This document shows positions 1-15,080 of a DNA stretch of 64,000 nt, in pieces; position 1 is the first letter of the stretch, and each line of letters begins with the position of its first letter. Where the stretch lies: the NCBI RefSeq assembly GCF_009914755.1, contig NC_060947.1; one strand, written 5' to 3'. The position numbers and the translations under genes are program-made. Under the pieces are notes generated by a model. It was not told the DNA's origin and ran no database searches. It was given only the letters and a program-made list of their open reading frames with translations. This stretch comes from the human T2T-CHM13v2.0 reference genome, Homo sapiens.

Positions 1-254
1 AAGAAGGATGAACCCTTTCTTCAGAGATTTAAAGCATTCTTTTGAAAAATATATGTAATTCTCTATTTGAAAGCATCTGTCACATAATAAAATCTTAAGA
101 AAGTTGGCAAAATGCAAGGCCAATTTGGCCTTCTCAGAAACCCCTCCAGGAAACAAAGAGGGTTGTTGTCCTAACAAAGTGTAATAATTGCTCTTTTTTG
201 AGCACCTGCTATGTAACAGGTAATGAGAGATCCTGCAAGTGCTCATCCACATAC

Positions 255-632
255 TGTCTTGATTTATTTCCTGGGCGCATGGAAAAACTACATTGCTTAG
301 TTCACTTGTAGTTAGGAAGGGTCATGTGACTATCTTTGCCACTGATATATGAGCAGAAGCAATATTTGCCATTTATAGGCCAAGACATGTGAAATCCAGG
401 TGGCTGCCTCTATTTTTTTACCAGTCAGTAGCAAATATGGAGAACTCATGTCGAGATATGGAACTACTGATGGAAACAGCTTGGATTTGTGAGTCACCTG
501 GTGGCAAAGACCCACTGCCAAATTACGTAAGATTTTATGTGAACAAACAAATAAACTTCTGTTGTGTTAAGCCATTCAGATTTCAGGTTTTTGTTTTGCA
601 TCAGCTAGCAGTTCCTTCATCTAATACTGACA
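255..632 (+). mobile_element. Old MaLR solo LTR (MLT1H/MLT1J-like)
   Basis: MLT1-type 3' end aataaacttctgttgtgttaagccattcagatttcagg...ctaatac; MLT1-like 5' part ggtcatgtgact...gcagaagc. Confidence 0.6.
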
Positions 633-879
633 TACTGTTTATGTTGATAAGCTTATTTAAATCTTTTAACAGCAAAGCTAATAGTAATGCATATATTCTT
701 GTTCCAAGTATTTCTTACAGCATACATAAATCAATTCCCTCCCTCTATAATGTTCCCTCAAAATTCAACTTTCTCCTCAGAGGGAATTACAATTAAAAAA
801 CCTAGTATGTATAATTTTAAAAATAATGTTAAGCTTTTTAATATATAGATTTGCTATAAAATATATTGTAATGTTTTAA

Positions 880-1500
880 CATAATGGGTAGTGATATACA
901 TATTGTTCTTCCACTTGCCTTTGTCAGTTAACAAAGTGACCACAACATCATTCCGTGCCAGCATGTGTAAATCTATCTCACTATTTTATCTACTTTCTTG
1001 AAATTCTAAAGTAAGTTCCCAATATAATTTAACAATTCTCTTTCTGATGGACACATAAGTAGTTTCCCATTAGTTGATATAATTAATAGAACTGAAATAA
1101 ACATCTTCAAACATCAATATTTTGGCAAGTGTGAATAAGAAAAACATAGCAAAGCAGAAGCTGAGATAGAGCAAATTTATTTTTTAATATTGCCAAAATG
1201 TCATCCCACAAATATTCTACCAATTCATATTCTCACAAATTAATTTATGCAAATACTGTGCACTCTCACAGACATTATTTTTTCTTTTTCAATTTCATTT
1301 TATTTTAGATTCAGGAGGTACCTGTGTAGGTTTGTTACATGGATATATTGTGTAGTGATGGGATTTGGGCTTCTAGTGTACCCATCACCCAAATAGTGTA
1401 CACTGTACCCAGTAGGTAAATTTTTAATGCTCAGTCTCCTCCCAGACATTGTTTTCAATCCTTTAACCTTTAGTTAAACTTATATGTTGAAAGATAATGT
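880..1500 (-). mobile_element. Highly decayed old L1M 3' region
   Basis: Degenerate L1 3' motifs (tctgatggacacataagtagtttcc, aataaacatc, ttgccaaaatgtcatccc...accaattcatattctcac). Confidence 0.45.
1277..1442 (-). mobile_element. Short L1PB/L1MA-type 3'-terminal fragment
   Basis: T-rich tail then ttagattcaggaggtacctgtgtaggtttgttacatgg...; flanked by near-perfect TSD cagacattatttt (1269) / cagacattgtttt (1443). Confidence 0.7.
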
Positions 1501-2543
1501 CTTACAATTATGTTAATTTAATTTTAATATCATTATTTTAATTTGTTTAATGTTTTCTAATTAGACTTAGCAGAAAATTGCCTACTACTTCACACATGTA
1601 AAGCTGGATTTCTGCAGTAATATTCTGAATCACAAGATTCCTCAGGCCATTCTTTAAAATTCTAATGTCTCAGCCAAGGCCACAGGAGACAAAAAAAATT
1701 ATGATGCCTAAAAGATATTTCCCCTTTGTACTGGAAAGCAAGCATTTGTCAGTATGACTGAATGCCAGGGAAGGAGGCCACACATGACACTCTCAGCTAG
1801 TGAGGAGTATCAAGAAGAAAGGGGATAGAAGAATTTCCAGAGTCCATGAGAGAGACACCATGCACAACCAAGTCCAGAGAGGTCTGGGCAGGCTAGTAGT
1901 CAGGGTTCTGAATCAAGAATTCAGCCTTGTGTGGAGGAGCTATAAAGAGACAAAGTGGAGGATCTGGGTGGTGCATCCAGGACAACATATATGAATAGCC
2001 TTCAGATATCTCTTACTCACCACTGCCTGATGAAAATTACTGGATAATTTGAGTGAACAGGTCTACGGGGTGAAAGAACCAGAGCATATCAGACACCCCA
2101 TCCTACCTTAGACTGCTTGCTACATATTGTCAAGCAGACTGACTATTGTTGGCTCCTATATATCAAGTAATACTACTTATGGCTCCTGAGGGAGCAACAT
2201 TTCTTGATGACCCTGGGACCCAATGCATTCTTGCCAATGTACCTGAGCTGAAGGCTATCTTTATGTCTCCTGAACAGAGGCATTTCTTCCCCTATGAACA
2301 GTGGATCCTGTCCCCTGAGGTTGGCACTGTGCAAATAAATGGGGTTAGTGAATAATGATACATAGTTGAGACAGGCCAGGAATAGCATGAGTAGTGGACG
2401 AGGACACGTAGCTGGAAGGAGGGAGAAATTGATGTCCCAAGCTTAGACGGACTTTTCATGCTTCTTGAATTTTTGCACTACAGAGGGTGGATATCTGTAT
2501 TTGCTGGTCTATGTTTGCCACCAGATACTGCACGGGGTAAGGG

Positions 2544-2919
2544 TGTCTTAGTTATTTCAGGTGGCTACAACAAAAATGCCGTAAACTTAGTGGCTTATAA
2601 ACAATAGAAAATTATCTCTCACAGTTCTGGAGGTTGGGAAACCCAAAATCAAAGCCCAACAAATTTGGGTTTCTGGTGAGGACCTAATTTCTAGTTCATG
2701 GATAACTGTCTTTTTGCTGTGTCCTTCCACCGTGAAAAGGGCAAGGAATCTCTTTTGAGTTTATTTTACACGGGCAATAATCACAATAATGAATCCCCAC
2801 CCCCCACCCCCGCAGAACCTAATCACCTCCCAAAGGCCTCACCTCCAAATACCATTACCATGAGAGGTTAGGATTTCAAAATGTAAATTTGGGGAAAACA
2901 TAAACATTCAGTCCATTCC
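2544..2919 (-). mobile_element. MaLR solo LTR (MLT1A-type)
   Basis: tgtcttagtt...ctcacagttctggagg...cctaatcacctcccaaaggcctcacctccaaatacc...aacattcagtccat; possible TSD aaggg/aagtg. Confidence 0.85.
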
Positions 2920-5141
2920 AAGTGCATTGGCCTACAGTATAGACAGTTGCAGAGTGGATGGTGAGCTTATGGAGATGGCACACTACCCTGTTAAACTGAT
3001 GGTGGCTGATGAAAATATGTGAGATCTAATGCAGCAAGCATCATATAACATCTTATTGCCAGCATCTCCACCTTTAAGATGAGAGTGTTAGGGCCTGGGA
3101 AGGAGACATTTCCAATCACACACTGTGATAGATTTTAATGATAATTCTCAGGTTAGGTGAACAGTTGTAGCACTTTGGGATTCTTCCATGAAGGCAGAAG
3201 AACCTACCAGGAGGCAGGCTTCATATTTCAGTACTTCTTAATTATAATTTTTGTGGGTACATAATAGGTGTATATATTTATTGGGTACATGAAATGTTTT
3301 GACACAGACCTGCAAAGCATAACAACTGCATCATGGAGAATGGGGTATCCATACCCTCAGGCATTTATCTCTTGTGTTACAAACAATTCAGTTATAATAT
3401 TTTCATTATTTTAATATGTACAATTATTATTTACTATAGTAACTCTGTTGTGCTATCAAATAGTAGGTCTTATTCATTCTTTCTAACAAATTTTTTTGTA
3501 CCCATTAACCATCCTCATATAGCCCCACTACCCTTCCCAGCCTCTGGTAACCATCCTTCTACTTCTCTATGTCCATGAGTTCAATTGTTTTGATTTTCAA
3601 ATCCCACAAATAAGTGAGAACATTTGATGTTTGTCTTTCTGTTCCTGGCTTATTTCACTTAAAATAATGATCTCCAGTTCCATCCATGTTGTTGCAAGTG
3701 ACTGGATCTCATTCTTTATGACTGAATAGTACTCCATTGCGTGTATGTAGCATATATTATTTTTCCATTCATCTGTTGATGAACACTTAGGTTGCTTCCA
3801 AATCTTAGCTGTTGAGAACAGTGCTGGAACAAACGTGTGAGTACAGATGTCTCTCTCATATACTGATTTCCTATTTTTTGGGTCTATATCCAGCAGTGGG
3901 ATTTCTGGATTTGATGACAGCTTTATTTTTCATTTTTTGAGGAACCTCCAAACTGCTCTCCATAGTGGTTGTACTAACATTTCCATCAACAGTATACAAG
4001 GGTTCCCTCTTTTCTCCACGTCCTCATCAGTATTTGCTATTGCCCCTCTTTTGATATAAGCCATTTTAACTGGGGTGAGATGATATCTCACTGAAGTTTT
4101 GATTTACATTTTTCTTATAATCAATGATGTTGAGCATCTTTTCATATGCCAGCTTGTCATTTGTAGGTCTTCTTTTGAGAAATGTCTATTCACAGTTTTT
4201 GACCATTATTTAATTGGATTATTAATTTTTTCCTTAGAATTGCTTGAGCTGCTTATGTATTCTAGTTATTAATCCCTTGTCAGATGGGTAGTTTGTTAAT
4301 ATTTTCTCCTGTTCTGTGGGTTGTCTCTTCACTTCGTTGGTTGTTTCCTTTGCTGAGCAGAAGCTTTTTAACCTGATGTGATCCCATTTGTCCATATTTG
4401 TTTCGGTTGCCTGTGCTTGTGGGGTATTACTCAAGAAATTTTTGCCCAGACCCATGTCCTGGAGATATTCTTCAATGTTTTCTTGTAACAGTTAAATAGT
4501 TTGAGGTCTTAAATTTAAGTATTTAATCCATTTTGATCTGATTTTTGTATATGGCAAGAGATAGGGGTCTAGCATCATTCTTCTGCATATGGACATCCAG
4601 TTAACCCAGCACCATTTATTGAGGAGACTATCTTTTCTGCAGAGTATATTCTTGGCACCTTTGTCTAAAATGAGTTCACTGAAGGTATGTGGATTTTTTT
4701 CTGGGTTCTCTATTCTGTTCCATTGGTCTATGTGTCTGTTTTTATGCTAGTTCCATGCTGTTTTAGTTATTACAGTTCTGTAGTATAGCTTGAAGTCAGG
4801 TAATATGATTCCTTCCTTCAGTTTTGTTCTTTTTAGGCTATTCTGGGTCTTTTGTGGTTCAATATAAACTTTAGAATTTTTTTTTTCTATTTCTGTGAAG
4901 AATGTAATTGGTATTTTGATAGACTGCATTGAATCTGTAGATTGCTTTTGGTAGTATGGGCATTTTAACAATATTGATTATTCCAATCCATGAACACGAA
5001 ATATTTTTCAGTATTTTGGGCATCCCTTTCAATTTCTTGCATCAGTGTTTTATAGTTTTATTTACAGAGACCTTTCATTCACCTCTTTAGTTAATTCCTA
5101 TGGGTTTAATTTTATGTGTGGCTATTGCAAATGGAATTATT

Positions 5142-6608
<1,467 letters not shown>

Positions 6609-7255
6609 TGCAAATGGAATTATTTTTAAAATTTATTTTTCACATTATTCACTGTTGGCATATAGAAATGCTACTGAATTTTGTATGTTTATTTTTATCC
6701 CACGACTTTATTGAACTTGTTTAACAATTCTAATAGTTTCTTTGGAACGTCTTTAGAATTTTTTCAAATATGAGATCATATCATCTGCAAACAAGGGTAA
6801 TTTGACTTCTTTAATTCCAATTTCAGTGCCTTTATTTCTTTATTTTGCCTGATTGCTCTAGCTAGAAGTTCCAGTACTATCTTAAATAACAGTAGTGAAA
6901 ATAAGAATCCTTATTTTGTTCCAGGTCTTAGTGGAATGGCTTTCAGTTTTTTTCCATTCCATATGATATTAACTGTGGGCCTGTTTTATATAGCTTTTAT
7001 TATTTTGAGGTATGTTCCTTACATATCTAGTTTTTTGAGAGATTTTATCATGAAGAGATGTTAAATCTTATCAAATACCTTTTTAGCATCAGTGGAAATT
7101 ATCATGTGGTGTTTGTCCTTCATTCTGTTGACGTGATGTAACACGTTAATTGGTTTACATATGTTGAACCATCCTTGTGTCTCAGAGATAAATCCCACTT
7201 GGTCGTGATAAATGATATTTTTAACATATTGTTGAATTCAGTTCACTAGTATTTT

Positions 7256-9140
7256 TTTTTTAACCTTAAGTTCTGGGATACATGTGTAGAATGTGCAGGT
7301 TTGTTACATAGGTATACGTGTGCCATGGTGGTTTGCTGCACCAATTGACCTGTTATCTACGTTCCCTCCCATCACTCCCACCCCCAACAGGCCCCAGTGT
7401 GTGTTGTTCCCCTCTCTGTGAGCATGTGTTCTCCTTGTTCAACTCCCACGTATGAATGAGAACATGTGGTGTTTGGTTTTCTGTTCCTACGTTAGTTTGC
7501 TGAGGACAATGGCTTTCAGCTTCATCCATGTCTCTGCAAAAGACACGATCTCATTCCTTTTTATGGCTGCAGTACTCCATGGTGTATATGTACCACATCT
7601 TCTTTATCTAGTTTATCATTGATAAGCATTTGGTTTGGTTCCATATATTTGCTATTGTGAATAGGGCTGCAATAAACATACATGTGCATGTGTCTTTATA
7701 GTAGAATGATTTATATTCTTTTGGGTATATACCCAGTAATGGGATTGCTGGATCAAATGACATTTCTGGTTCTAGATCCTTGAGGAATTGCTACACTGTC
7801 TTTCACAATGGTGGAACTAATTTACATTCCCACCAACAGTGTAAAAGCGTTCCTATTTCTCCACAGCCTCATCAGCATCTATTGTTTCTTGACTTTTTAA
7901 TAATCACCATTCTGACTGGCATAAGATGGTATCCAACTGTGGTTCTGATTTGCATTTCTCTAATGATCAGGGATGTTGAGCTTCTTTTCATATGTTTGTT
8001 GGCCACATAAATGTCTTCTTTTGAGAAGTGTCTGGTCATATCCTTTGCCCACTTTTTGATGGGGTTACTTTTTCTTGTAAATTTGTTAATTTCCTTGTAG
8101 ATTTTGGATATTAGACCTTTGTCAGATGGGTAAATTGCCAAAATTTTCTCCCATTCTGTAGGTTACCTGTTCACTCGGATGATAGTTTCTTAAGCAGGTA
8201 CAAGACAAGGATGCCCTCTGTCACCACTCCTATTCAATGTAGTATTGAAAGTTCTGGCCAGGGCTATCGGACAAGAGAAAGAAATAAAACGTATTTATAT
8301 AGGAAGAGATGAAGTCAAATTGTCCCTGTTTGCAGATGACATAATTCTATATTTAGCAAACCCCATTGTCTCAGCCCAAAAAACTCCTTAAGCTGATAAG
8401 AAACTTCATCAATGTCGCAGGATACAAAATCAGTGTGCAAGAATCACAAGGGTTCCTATACACCAACAATAGACAAGTAGACAAATCATGAATAAACTCC
8501 CATTCACAAATGCTACAAAGTGAATAAAATACCTGAGAATACAGCTAACAAGGGATGTGAAGGACCCTTTCAAGGAGAACTACAAGCCACTGCTCAAGGA
8601 AATAAGAGAGGACACAAACAAATGGAAAAAACATTCCATCATCATGGATAGAAAGAATCAATATAGTGAAAATGGCCATACTGCTGAAAATAATTTATAG
8701 ATTCAATGCTATCCCCATCAAGCTACCATTGACATTATTCACAGAATTAGAAAAAACTACTTTAAATTTCATATGGAATCAAAGAATAGCCCATATATCC
8801 AAGACAATCCTAAACAAAAGGACAAAGCTGGAGGCATCATGCTACCTGACTTCAAACTATACTACAAGGCTACAGTAACCAAAACAGCATGGTACTGGTA
8901 CTAAAACAGACATATAGACCAATGGAACACAACAGAGGCCTCAGAAATAACATCACACATCTACAACCATCTGATCTTTGACAAACCTGACAAAAACAAG
9001 CAATGGGAAAAGGATCTCCTATTTAGTAAATGGTGCTTGGAAAACTGGCTAGCCATATGCAGAAAACTGAAACTGGACCCCTTCCTTACACCTTATACAT
9101 AAATTAACTCAAGATAGATTAAATACTTAAATGTAAAACC
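7256..9140 (-). mobile_element. 5'-inverted (twin-primed) L1PA (L1PA8-like)
   Basis: Minus-strand 3' segment 7256-8191, plus-strand ORF2 segment 8192-9140; TSD ctagtatttt at 7246-7255 and 9141-9150. Confidence 0.92.
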
Positions 9141-10202
9141 CTAGTATTTTGTTGAGAATTTTTGCATCAACATTACTCAGAGATACTCGTCTGTAGTTTT
9201 CTTTTTTGATATGTCTTTGTCTGGTTTTAGTATTGGGGTAACACTTGCCTTGTAGAATGTGTTTGGAATTATTCTCTCCTCTGTTTTTCAGAATAGCTTA
9301 AGTAGCGTTTCTATTAGTTCTTTTTTAAATGTTTGATAGAATTCTGCAATGAAGTCATTGTGGCCTGGACCTTTCCTTACTGGAAGATCTTTTGTTACAA
9401 CTTTGATTTTGTTACTTATTATTGCTCTATTCAGGTTTTGGATTTCTTTCTGGGTCAATTTTCCCAGGTTGTATGTGTCTAGGAATTTGTCAATTTATTC
9501 TAAATTTTCCAATTCTTTGGCATATAGTTGCTTACAGTAGCCAGTAATAATGCTTTGAATTTCTGCAGTATCAGTTGTAATGTCTCATTTTTTATATCTG
9601 ATTTTATTTATTTTGATATTCTTTCCTAGTTTGTCTGGCTAATGTTTTGTCAAATTTGTTTAACTTTTCAGAAACCAACTTTTTGTTTAAATGGGCTTTT
9701 GTATTGCTTTTTAAATTTCAAATTCATTTATTTCAGCTTCGTTCTTTATTACATCTTTTCTTTTACAAATTTTTGGTTTTGTTTGCTCTTGCTTTTCTAG
9801 TTCTTTAACATACAATTAGATCGTTTATTTAAATTTCTCTTTTTATGATGTAGGCAGTTATACCTATAAACTTCCCGCTTAGTACTGCTTTTGCTGTATC
9901 CCATAGGTTTTGAAATATTGTGTTTACATTATCATTCCTTTTAAGAAATTTTTCATTTTCCTTCTTAATATTGTTATTGACCAACTGGTCATTTAGGAGT
10001 ATATTGTTCATTTTTTCTGTATTTGTATAGTTTCCAAAATTTCTTTTGTTATTGATTTATAGCTTTATTCCACTGTGGTCAGAGAAGATGCTTGATATTA
10101 TTTCAATTACTTTTGAATATTTTAATACTTTTTTCTGACATAACATATGGTTGCCTATCCTTGAGAATGATCCATGTGTTGAGTAAAAGAATGTGTATTC
10201 TG

Positions 10203-10538
<336 letters not shown>

Positions 10539-11574
10539 CTATTGGATAAAATGTTCTACGAATATCTTAGATCCGTTTGGTCTACAGGGCAGATTAAGTC
10601 CAAAGATTTTTTGTTGACTTTCTGTCTGAAAACTCTGATCAATGCTGAAAGTGAGGTGTTAAGAGTCCCCAGCTATTATTGTATTGAGGCCTATCTCTCT
10701 CTTTAGTTCTAATAATATTTGCTTTATATATCTGAATGCTTCAGTGTTGGGTGCATATATTTTTAAAATTGTTATATCCTTTTGCTGAATTGACCCCTTT
10801 TTCATTATGTAGTGACTTTCTTTGTCTCTTATAGATTTTTCATAAAATCTGTTTTGTCTTATGTAGGTATCTACTCCTGCTAATTTTTAGTTTCCATTGG
10901 CATGGAGTATATTTTTCCATCCCTTTATTTTTAGTCTATGTGTGTCTTTATACATGAAGTGTCTTTCTCATAGGCAACAGATGAAAGGGTCTGAATTCTT
11001 TACCCATTTAGCCACTGTATGTCTTTTGATTGGACAGTTTAGTCCACTTGCATTCAACATTATTATTGGTAAGTAAGAACTTACTCCTGTCATTTTTTTT
11101 TTTTTTTTTTTTTTTTTGGTTAACTGGTTGTTTTGTTCATTCTTTCTTTTCTCTCTTCCTTTAGTGCAGGTGATTTTCTCTGTTGCATGTTTTTTGGTTT
11201 TAGGTTACCATGAGGCTTGCAAATACTATCTTACAACCCAGTATTTTACATTGGTAACAATTCTGTTTGCGTAAACAAACAAGCATGCAATGATTAAAAA
11301 AAAAAAAACTAATAACAATGCTATACCTTAACTTTTTCCTCTGTTTTTTTTTTTTTTTTGCCTTTTGGCTGTCTTTATTTATATTTTATTATACTATGTC
11401 TTGAAAAGTTGTTGTAGTTATTATTTTTGATTAGTTCATTATTTAGTCTTTCTACTTAGGATAAGAGTAGTTTATACACCAAAGTAAAGTGTTACAGTAA
11501 TCTGTGTTTTTCTGTGTACTTACTATTACCGGTGAGTTTTGTACCTTCAGATGATTACTTATTACTCATTAACA

Positions 11575-12085
11575 TCATCTTCTTTCTGATTCACATACTC
11601 TCTTCAGCATTTCTTGTAGGACAGGTCTACTGTTGATGAAATCCCTCAGCTTTTGTTTGTCTGGGAAAGTCTTTATTTCTCCTTCATTTTTGAAGGACCA
11701 TTTTTCTGGATATACTCTTCTAGGGTTAAAGTTATTTTCCTTCAGCACTTTCAACATGTCATGTCACTCTCTCCTGGCCTGTAAGGTTTCTACTGAAAAG
11801 TCAGCTGCCAGACATATTGGAGTTTCATTGTGTGTTATTTGTTTTATCTTGTTACTTTTAGGATCCTATCTTAATCTTCATTTTGGGGAGTTTGCTTATT
11901 AAATGCCTTGAGGTAGTCTTCTTTGGGTTAAATCTGCTGCGTGTCCTGTAACTTTCTTGTACTTCAATATTGATATTTTTCTCTAGCTTTGGGAAGTTCT
12001 CTGTTACTATCTCTTTTAATAAACCTTCTACCCCCACTTCTTTCTCTACCTTCTCTTTAAGGCCAATAACCCTTAGATTTGCCAT
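11575..12085 (-). pseudogene. Disrupted L1 ORF1p remnant of the L1MA host
   Basis: ORF-track peptides NLRVIGLKE...EIVTENFPKLEK and FKNEGEIKTFPDKQKLRDFINSRPVLQEMLK match the L1 ORF1p RRM/CTD; split by frameshifts. Confidence 0.85.
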
Positions 12086-12764
12086 TTGAGGTTATTTGAG
12101 GTTTTGAGGCCTAGATTTTGTATGTCTGCTTAATTTTTTTTCTTTTGTCTCCTCTGAGTGTATATTTTCAAATAGCCCGTGTTCAAGCTCACTAATTATT
12201 TCTTCCGCTTGATCAATTATGCTATTCAAAGTCTCTGATGCAGTCTTCAGTATGCCAATTGCATTTTTCAGTTCTAGAATTTCTGCTTGATTATTTTTAA
12301 TTATTTCAGTCTCTGTTAAATATATCTAATATGATTCTGAATTCCTTCTGTTTTATCTTGAATTTCTTTGAGTTTTCGTGGCACGGCTATTTTGAATTTT
12401 CTGTCTGAAAAGTCATACATCTCTATTTCTCCAAAACTGGTCCTTGGTGCATTATTTAGTTCATTTGATAAGGTCATGTTTTCCTGGAATGTCTTGATAC
12501 TTGTAAATATTCATCAGTATCTTGGCACTGAAAAGTTAGGTATTTATAGTAGTCATCACTGCATGGGCTGGTTTGTATGTGTCCTTTTTGAGAAGACTTT
12601 CTACATATTCAAAAGGACTTGGGTGTTGTAATCTAAGCTATATCTGTTTTAGGGGGCACCTCAAGTCCAGTAATGCAGTGGTTTTTGCAGACTTGTATAG
12701 ACATCACCTTGACGGCCTTGGAGATGATCCAGGAGAATTCTCTGTATTACCGGGGAATGAGTTT

Positions 12765-12909
12765 TGTTCTTTTCCCTTACTTTCTCCCAAACCGAGTCTC
12801 TCTCTGTTCAGAACCACCTGAAGCTGGGGGTGGTTGTGTTCTGTTCCCTTACTTTCTCCCAAACAGAGTCTCTCTCTCTGTTCAGAGCTACCTGAAGCTA
12901 TGGGTTGTG
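12765..12909. repeat. 72-bp tandem duplication within the L1 5' region
   Basis: tgttct(t/g)ttcccttactttctcccaaac(c/a)gagtctctctc...ctgaagct at 12765 and 12837. Confidence 0.9.
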
Positions 12910-14604
12910 TAACATAAGCACTCCTGTGTCAACCGCCACTATGACTATGCTGGGTCAGCCCTGAAACCAGCACAGCACTGGGTCACCCAAGGCCTGGTGT
13001 AACCATTCCATGGCTACTGCCTATGTTCACTTAGGGCCCTGGAGAACTACAATCAGCCAGTGGCAAAGCCAGGCAGGCCTGTGTTCTTCCCTTCAGGGTG
13101 GCAAGTTCCCTCATGCCCAGGTGGGTCTAAAGGTTCCATCCAGGAGCCAGGAACTAGAGTCAAAAATCTGAGTAATCTACTTGCTGTTCTATTGTACTGC
13201 AGCTGAACTGACATTCAGACCACAAGACACAGTCCTTCCCACTTTTCCCTCCCTTTTCAAAAGGCAGAGGAGCCTCACCCTATGTCAACTGCCACCACTG
13301 GCCACAAGAAGTACTACCAGCCTACTGCCAATGTTCCCTTAAGTTCCAAGGGCTCTTGAGTCAACTTGCAGTGAATGCTGCCTAGACTGAGATTCACCCG
13401 TCAGGGCAGTGGGCTCCCCTCTGGCTCAAGGCAGGTCCAGAAATGCCACCCAAGAGCCAAGTTCTGGAATCGGGGACCTCAAGACCCCACTTGGTACTCT
13501 ATCCTGTTGTAGCCAAGCTGGTACCTAAAGTACAAGACAAAGTCACCTTTACTTTTTCCTCTTTTCTCAAGCAGAAGGAGCCTTGCCAAATAGCCACCAC
13601 AGCTGGGAATGTGCTTAGTCTCACCTGAGGCCAGCAAGTCTCATGATCTCACCCAAGGCCCTCTGTGTAGTACCTTGGTATCACTGCTGGTTATTCAAGG
13701 CACAAGGTCTCTTCAGTTAGCAATTGACAAATCTTGCCAGGAATGGGTTCTTCCCTTCAAGGCAGCAGGTTACCTTCTGGCTCGGAGCATATCCAGGAAT
13801 GTCATCCAGGAGCTAGGGCTTATTAAGAGGGCCTCGTGACTCTGACTTGTCTCCTATTCTGCTGCAGCTGAGCTGGTATCCAAGATGCAAGACAAAGTCT
13901 TCCCTAGTCTCTCCCCTCCACTTCTCAAATGGAAAGAAGGGGTCTCTTTTGGAGTCACAACTTTTTCAGCCTGGAGTTGGGGAAGGAATGATGTCAGAAC
14001 TCCCTTAGCCACCCTGGCTGATGTCTCAGTAGGCCATGTGCCCCCCGACCCAACCATCTGTGTCCTTAGTTCCGGGCCCAGTTCAGCACAAGGATCCACC
14101 TAAAAGTTGGAGTACTTGTAGTCTTTACAGCTTATTAGGGCCCCAGGGCACTTTAGACTGTGGTGATGAGGTTTGTGGGAACTCAAGTTTGGACCACTAA
14201 AATCACAATTCCCCTCTTGCTAGGACTGACTTAAATGCTTCCTTCATGGACAAGCATCAACTGAGTTTGGTCCAATTTTCATGTCTTTTATAACTAGACA
14301 GCACTGTGATCAATGCTTCACAACTGCTGTGATCTTTCTCCCCTAACAGCCAGAGATGCCATCTGCACCACGCTGCCTCTGCTGGGAGATGGGAAAGGGG
14401 TAGCACTGGTGATTCAAGGCTGTTTTTCTTGCCTTTTCAGTGCTTCGTTCAGTGATATTAAATTAAAATCACTTGATTTTTAGTTCTTATGAACATGTTT
14501 TTCTTGTATAGATAGTTGTTAAATTTATGTCTTTGTGTGGGGGAAGATCGGTGCAGCCTTCTTTTCCACCATCTTGCTCTCCTGTCACATTTCATATGTT
14601 GGCT

Positions 14605-15080
14605 CATTCATTCATTCTTCCAAAATTTATTGAACATATACTAAGAGAAACCCTAAGTAAACAAAATAAAAGGAAGTACCAAGCCACTTGATTTAGGCTG
14701 TGGGTATGATGATGAGGAAGGGGAGACAGGTTTGAGTTTTTGAAAGTTATTGACTATGTGAGAGGGTAAGGGAGAGTCTATAATGACTAAGTCCTGAGGT
14801 TGGATGGCTAGGTAGAAGCCATTCCTCTTAGCTGAGATTGAGGATAAAAGAAAAGGAAGAGTTGGTGGCAATTAATTCAACTCTCCAGAAGTAAGGAAGT
14901 GTGTGGCAGATGAGATCAGTGTGGGCCACATAGATGGCAAGATTGTACTGGCTGTCTAGGTGAAGATGTTCAGTGGGAAATAGAAAATGTGAATTTTGCT
15001 ATCAGGAAAGGGGCCTGGGCTGGAGATGAGGATTTGCTAAGTCAGGAAAGGTCCTGTGAGGCCATAAGTTAGGTGAAATC
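14605..15080 (-). mobile_element. L2 fragment
   Basis: (ttca)n plus tttattgaac L2 3' terminus; degenerate L2 body gactaagtcctgaggttggatggctaggtagaagcc...gggcctgggctggagatgaggatttg. Confidence 0.65.

Noticed and set aside
389-796. 135-aa ORF
   Set aside because: Non-ATG start, overlaps an MLT1 LTR and AT-rich flank; no recognisable domain.
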